A stretch of 64,000 bases of DNA from Desulfatiglandales bacterium (GTDB taxonomy: Bacteria; Desulfobacterota; DSM-4660; Desulfatiglandales; HGW-15), in the NCBI GenBank assembly GCA_963667015.2, contig CAXXJJ010000001.1, forward strand, positions 1,344,001 to 1,408,000, read 5' to 3'. The notes under the pieces are model-generated. The model searched no databases. It worked only from the letters and a program-made list of their open reading frames with translations, and was not told the origin of the DNA. This document shows positions 59,158 to 64,000 of this stretch, piece after piece; within the stretch, counting starts at the first letter, position 1, and every line of letters starts with the position of its first letter. A program made the position numbers and the translations under genes.

Positions 59158-61152
59158 TTACATATATGCCGCAGCCCTGAATGCTGACATAATCGCAGGC
59201 CCAACATTTCCCGATTTTACTGCATCACCTACAACATAAACCTCTGTCTCAGGGACGCTTCTCCTCAGTTCATCAGCAACATCATGCCTTGGCGTAACAC
59301 CCAGGGCCAAAAGTACCGTATCGGCAGGCAGTTCAAGTTTTTCGGATGTGTTTGTGTTTTCACATATTATGCTGCTGTCGGTAATTTCCATAAGTTTATA
59401 GCTGTTGTACACCGGGATCTCCAGTTTTTTTATCAGGCCGATAAGCTCTATTGAAACACCTCCTGATGATTTAAAGAGGTGCGACAGATCGGGTGCCATT
59501 TCAATTAGCACAACATCCCTGCCATTCTGCTTTAGTTCAATGGCATACTCCACACCGACTGAACCCGCGCCTATAACAGCTGTTTTTTCACCAATCTCTA
59601 AATCCTTCGACTCAACATCAGGGGCCCAGTGAACATGGGGTTTATTTATGCCTGGAAGATCCGGTATTATTGGTCTTGCACCTACTGCGATTATCAGGCC
59701 GTCATATTTTTCAGCATCCAGGATCTCCCTTGTCGCCTCGGTGTTAAGAAGTACCTTTGTCCGGGTCTTGTTAAGCTGACAAAGCAGGTATTTAATATAA
59801 TCCCTCAGGTCCTGTTTAAATGAATGTACAGCGCCCAGTATAAGGTTCCCTCCTAGTTTATCACTCTTTTCATAAAGCGTAACATCGTGTCCACGTTCGC
59901 AGAGTGTAATTGCCGCCTGAATACCGGCAGGACCTCCGCCCACAATGGCGACCCTCTTCTTTTCTTTTGCTTCCGATACCCTGTTGCCGGGAAATTCAAC
60001 CTCATTGCCAAGAAAAGGATTTACAGCACAGTTGATAACCGCAGGAATCATCAGGCGGCTTCCGCAATACTGACACCGCAGGCAGGGCCGGTGATCCTCT
60101 TCTCTGCCCAGTGCATACTTGCGCGGAAGCTCCGGATCTGCCAGCAGGGGACGGCACATTGCAACAAAATCCGCCTTGCCGCTTTCAATGATTTCATCGG
60201 CATCCTTTATGTTCATAATTGAACCCACAGTGCATACAAGCAGATCAGAGAATGCCTTTTTTATTTTTCCGGCCCAGTGCACATTGTAATTCCGGGGCAT
60301 CATATAGTTCTGCCACCATTCACGCATAAGTTCAAAATCAGTGTGAAGCCCGGCTGATACGTGCAGGATATCTACCCTGTTTTTTATCAGTTCTATAAAT
60401 TGGAGGGTTTCATCAAAATGCATTCCATCCGGGTGAATCTCATCCGCCGAGATACGGTATTCTATGACAAAGTCTTCTCCCACAAGCTCCCGTGTCCTGT
60501 CAAGAACCTCCAGTGCAAAGCGCGCCCTGTTTTCAAGTGAACCGCCGTATTTATCGGTGCGGAAGTTATGCAGGCGGCTTGCAAACTGAGAGATCAGATT
60601 GCCATGCCCGCCGTGTATCATGGCGGTATTAAACCCGGCCCTTTTGCATCTGAAGGCTGCCATGGCGAATTTTTCGACAATCTCCCTTATCTTCTCATGG
60701 CTCATCTCCTGTGTAGGAACAGGTTCTCTGCCGGCCTTCTTTGCGAGCATCATTTCAAAGGGCCTTATATATGACGAAGGCGCTATTGCAGGGGTATGAT
60801 ACCTGTCATATGGGGCATCCATTCCCATATGGTTTATCTCGAGAGACGGCTGCACACCGTAACCCAGGCACATCTCGGCATAACGGGTAAGTGGAAGGAT
60901 AAAGTCATTCCTGCCAAGATCGAGCTGGCGTTCTTCATCACGGGCCTCACTGAGATCGATAATTGAATTTCCGACAGATATTACTGCCGCGCCCCCCTTT
61001 GCAACGGATCTGAAACACTCTACAAACTCCGGGGTTACCCTGCCGTCCGGATCGGCCAGGTTGGGTGAAGGCGGTGCCATTTCAATGCGGTTCTTAAAGT
61101 CGACTCCCCTTATACGAATTGGTGCAAATACATGCCTGTAGATAGATCCCAT
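59158..61152 (-). CDS. NADH:flavin oxidoreductase (old yellow enzyme + Fe-S + FAD/NAD domains)
   Basis: 'KNRIEMAP', 'IHGGHG', 'RTDKYGGSLENRARF', 'CLRCQYC..CAVNP', 'VGGGPAG'. Confidence 0.92.
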   Translation of the reverse strand: MGSIYRHVFAPIRIRGVDFKNRIEMAPPSPNLADPDGRVTPEFVECFRSVAKGGAAVISVGNSIIDLSEARDEERQLDLGRNDFILPLTRYAEMCLGYGVQPSLEINHMGMDAPYDRYHTPAIAPSSYIRPFEMMLAKKAGREPVPTQEMSHEKIREIVEKFAMAAFRCKRAGFNTAMIHGGHGNLISQFASRLHNFRTDKYGGSLENRARFALEVLDRTRELVGEDFVIEYRISADEIHPDGMHFDETLQFIELIKNRVDILHVSAGLHTDFELMREWWQNYMMPRNYNVHWAGKIKKAFSDLLVCTVGSIMNIKDADEIIESGKADFVAMCRPLLADPELPRKYALGREEDHRPCLRCQYCGSRLMIPAVINCAVNPFLGNEVEFPGNRVSEAKEKKRVAIVGGGPAGIQAAITLCERGHDVTLYEKSDKLGGNLILGAVHSFKQDLRDYIKYLLCQLNKTRTKVLLNTEATREILDAEKYDGLIIAVGARPIIPDLPGINKPHVHWAPDVESKDLEIGEKTAVIGAGSVGVEYAIELKQNGRDVVLIEMAPDLSHLFKSSGGVSIELIGLIKKLEIPVYNSYKLMEITDSSIICENTNTSEKLELPADTVLLALGVTPRHDVADELRRSVPETEVYVVGDAVKSGNVGPAIMSAFRAAAYM

Positions 61153-61375
61153 TTTCAGCTCCTTTTAGTATGAAATGAAAATAAGGCTGTTGTGAAGAGA
61201 ACAGGAATATATTTACTCTAAAACCGGAAAAAGATCAAAGATAACCCGGATGTTATAAATTAATGCGTTAATAAATGATAAATTGACAATAACAACGCGT
61301 TGTTTTATAGTAAAAATCAAAAATAAACGGCATAATAGATGTATTAAATCAATATTAAATAAATTAAAAAATAAT

Positions 61376-62740
61376 ATGAATAGATTTACCTCAAATATAC
61401 TTAATGAATGGTTTGGAAGCAGTAACCGGAAACCCATGGTAATTCGAGGTGCCCGTCAGACGGGAAAGACCTGGCTGGTGCGTGATTTTGCCGAACAGAA
61501 CGGTCTTCGCTTAATCGAATTGAACCTTGAAAAATTTCCCGGAAAAGCAGATCTTTTTTCTGCTGCTGATCCGCGGGAGATTATTAAAAATATTGAGGTT
61601 GATTTGGGGACAATGATTAATCCTGAATCTACATGTCTTTTTCTTGATGAAATTCAATCTGCTCCTGAGCTCTTCTCAAAACTTCGCTGGTTTAAAGAGG
61701 ATATCCCCGAGCTTCCAATAATTGCTGCCGGATCATTGTTGGAATTTGCATTGACTAAATCTCAATACAGTATGCCGGTGGGGCGTATTACCTACTTATA
61801 TCTGGAACCCATGTCTTTTTTTGAATTTGTGCTGGCATCGGGAAAAGAACAGCTTTATCAAAGATTGATGGAACTGGATGTAAAAAGCCAGATACCTCAA
61901 ACAATACATGAACAGTATATGGAGCTATATTATCAGTATTGCCTGACAGGGGGGATGCCTGAGTCTGTCCAAGCCTGGGTCGATACGAATGATTTACAGA
62001 ATTGCATTAAGATACAACATGATTTGTTGTCTACATACCGGGATGATTTTTATAAATACGGCGGAGACATTGATGCCAGACTTCTTAATAAAATCATGCT
62101 TTCGGTAGCGGAACAGCTTGGAAATAAATTCATCTACAGCCGTGTTGATCAAGGTATACAGGTGCCTGTTATTAAAAAGTCTCTGACATTATTGTTTCAG
62201 GCAAGGGTCTGTTCCATGATCGCACACACAAGCGGGAACGGACTTCCTCTGGGTGCACAATCAAATGATAAATTTTTCAAGGCACTGATGCTGGATGTTG
62301 GCCTGATTTCCGCCCAGCTTGGTTTATCATCATCAAAACCGGTACAAACAAAGGAAATGATTTTTACCAATAAAGGGGGAATTGCGGAACAGTTTGTCGG
62401 ACAACAATTGAGGTCCGCTCAGGCAAATACAACCGATCCTCAGCTTTTTTACTGGCAGAGGACAGGTGGGAGACTTGGAGAAATAGACTATATTATTCAA
62501 CATGGTAATAAAATTGTTCCGGTAGAGGTGAAATCAGGTGCAGCAGGAAGAATGAAATCTCTTCATCAATTCATGGCAGAAAAAAAACTCGGGTTTGCTG
62601 TTCGTATTGACTCCAATACTCCTAGAGTAGAAGATCTTGACCTGAAAACAACTTCAGGACAACCGGTAAAATATCGACTGCTTTCGATCCCTTTATATTT
62701 AGCAGGTCGCATGGAGGAGTTAATTGATGAAGTATCATAA
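61376..62740 (+). CDS. AAA+ ATPase with DUF4143 domain
   Basis: 'GARQTGKT', 'FLDEIQ', 'AAGSLL', 'TGGMP', 'EIDYII..PVEVKSG'. Confidence 0.9.
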   Translation: MNRFTSNILNEWFGSSNRKPMVIRGARQTGKTWLVRDFAEQNGLRLIELNLEKFPGKADLFSAADPREIIKNIEVDLGTMINPESTCLFLDEIQSAPELFSKLRWFKEDIPELPIIAAGSLLEFALTKSQYSMPVGRITYLYLEPMSFFEFVLASGKEQLYQRLMELDVKSQIPQTIHEQYMELYYQYCLTGGMPESVQAWVDTNDLQNCIKIQHDLLSTYRDDFYKYGGDIDARLLNKIMLSVAEQLGNKFIYSRVDQGIQVPVIKKSLTLLFQARVCSMIAHTSGNGLPLGAQSNDKFFKALMLDVGLISAQLGLSSSKPVQTKEMIFTNKGGIAEQFVGQQLRSAQANTTDPQLFYWQRTGGRLGEIDYIIQHGNKIVPVEVKSGAAGRMKSLHQFMAEKKLGFAVRIDSNTPRVEDLDLKTTSGQPVKYRLLSIPLYLAGRMEELIDEVS

Positions 62741-62800
62741 AAATTGTGATTCTGATATTTAGATATTTTACTAGAGAAATAATTAAGGGAGGTAAAGAGA

Positions 62801-63205
62801 ATGGCTGAATCAAGATTTTCAAAATACATACTGGAAACACCCAAAGGAAAATTACATACCGGAGAAGTATTTGAGGGATTCCTCGCCAGCCCTGACAAAC
62901 TTGGAGTCGATTGCCAGATTCTCTATTCAGTAATAACGAAGGCGGATCTTGAGGGTGATGAAACAGAACCGCATACCCATGACTTCTCCCATGTAATGTG
63001 TTTTTTCGGAAACAATCCCAATGATAAATATGATTTTGATGCGGATATTGAATTTTATATGGAAGGGGAACCGCAGATTATCAATAAGCCATCCATAGTA
63101 ACTGTCCCGGCCGGAATGTCTCACTGCCCCCTTATTTTCAAAAGAATTGGTAAACCTGTTACGTGGGTGGAGGTAATGCTTACGTCCAGCTATGACAGGG
63201 AATAA
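62801..63205 (+). CDS. Cupin-like hypothetical protein
   Basis: 'PHTHDF..' and 'VPAGMSHCP'. Confidence 0.6.
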   Translation: MAESRFSKYILETPKGKLHTGEVFEGFLASPDKLGVDCQILYSVITKADLEGDETEPHTHDFSHVMCFFGNNPNDKYDFDADIEFYMEGEPQIINKPSIVTVPAGMSHCPLIFKRIGKPVTWVEVMLTSSYDRE

Positions 63206-63240
63206 TTTTTTAAGTATTAGATCATGAAAGAGAGAGAAGA

Positions 63241-64000
63241 ATGAACGATTATAATTCAAAAGACTTTGCAATAGTTTCCGGAAGAAAAAATCCGGACCTT
63301 GTTTCCCATGTAGCTGAACAGCTTGATATTAAGCCTGTATTCATATCAACAGGAAACTGGCCAAACGGTTATCCGAGATGTGTAAGGGATTCTGACATAA
63401 CAGTAAATGACCGCAAAGTCTTTATCATTACGAGCCTGCAGTATAATGAAATAGGTTCACCGGTTGAAGAACTGAAAATGCTCTGCAAGGCATGCGGCAG
63501 CGCGAGAGAGATACATTTGATAATAACCTGGTTCTGCGGCAAGGATGATGCAGAACACAGTGCAGGTCATGTGCCCAATGCCCCTGTGCTATGCCATGAA
63601 ATAAGCAAGATTCCGGGTATCAAGTCCATAGCAATATTTGACCCTCATCAGTCACCACATGCAGGTTTTTTTGCACCCATAAGAACAAGAAGATTTTATT
63701 TTTTACGAAAACTCATAGAGCGCGCAAAAGAAATGGGTATTGACCAGGTCGCATCAACTGATTTTTCTTCAGGTAAAAGGGCTCTTATAGTTGAAAGCTT
63801 TCTACAGACAGGCGCCGAGGTTTTCATGGGTATTAAGGGGCATGACCATAATTCTCAGAACAGCCCCATAAGTCATCACCGTCTCCAGGGTTCACTTGAA
63901 GGTAAAAAGATAGGTCTTTTTGATGATATGGCACTTACATGCAGCAGCATGAACGGATCTGCGAGGATTTTAAAGGAACAGTATGGCGCAGAAGAAGTTC
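63241..64000 (+). CDS. Divergent ribose-phosphate pyrophosphokinase-like protein (runs off window end)
   Basis: Manual translation: 'IVSGRKNPDLVSHVAEQL', 'VNDRKVFIITS', 'IFDPHQ', 'LEGKKIGLFDDMALTCSS', 'LKEQYGAEEV'. Confidence 0.7.
   Translation, partial: MNDYNSKDFAIVSGRKNPDLVSHVAEQLDIKPVFISTGNWPNGYPRCVRDSDITVNDRKVFIITSLQYNEIGSPVEELKMLCKACGSAREIHLIITWFCGKDDAEHSAGHVPNAPVLCHEISKIPGIKSIAIFDPHQSPHAGFFAPIRTRRFYFLRKLIERAKEMGIDQVASTDFSSGKRALIVESFLQTGAEVFMGIKGHDHNSQNSPISHHRLQGSLEGKKIGLFDDMALTCSSMNGSARILKEQYGAEEV

Overview
Bacterial genomic window; the gene content suggests an anaerobic deltaproteobacterium/Desulfobacterota, a low-confidence inference. It has two distinct halves. Left (about 1.5-33.3 kb): an AT-rich, almost entirely minus-strand biosynthetic super-operon. 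It is headed by an Sfp-type PPTase, an RfaH-like NusG paralog and a canonical ops site (GGCGGTAGTATG, 31770-31781). It combines (i) a microcin/colicin-V-type RiPP export module (TolC, HlyD, C39-peptidase ABC transporter, double-glycine precursor peptide, candidate immunity protein) with (ii) a fully dissected NRPS-like set. That set has one acyl-adenylating enzyme, two free carrier proteins with matching acidic C-terminal tails, two stand-alone condensation domains and a type II thioesterase, but no amino-acid A domain or KS. Also present are tailoring genes (methyltransferase, sulfotransferase, Fe-S aldo/keto reductase, NTF2-like protein) and two beta-lactamase-fold paralogs with Cys in place of the catalytic Ser, one a pseudogene. 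The spacers hold three toxin-antitoxin pairs, IS remnants, an intact DDE IS, a RAYT-type transposase and a family of 7-nt and 9-nt periodic inverted repeats, some bracketing whole genes. Right (about 34-64 kb): mostly housekeeping and signalling genes (Ser/Thr kinase, HD-GYP, S46 peptidase, tilS, ihfA, hisH/F, rlmH, thrC, DinG-like helicase, kdsD, OYE, divergent prs). No rRNA, tRNA or CRISPR array was recognised. All product calls come from motif recognition by eye; no database searches were run.
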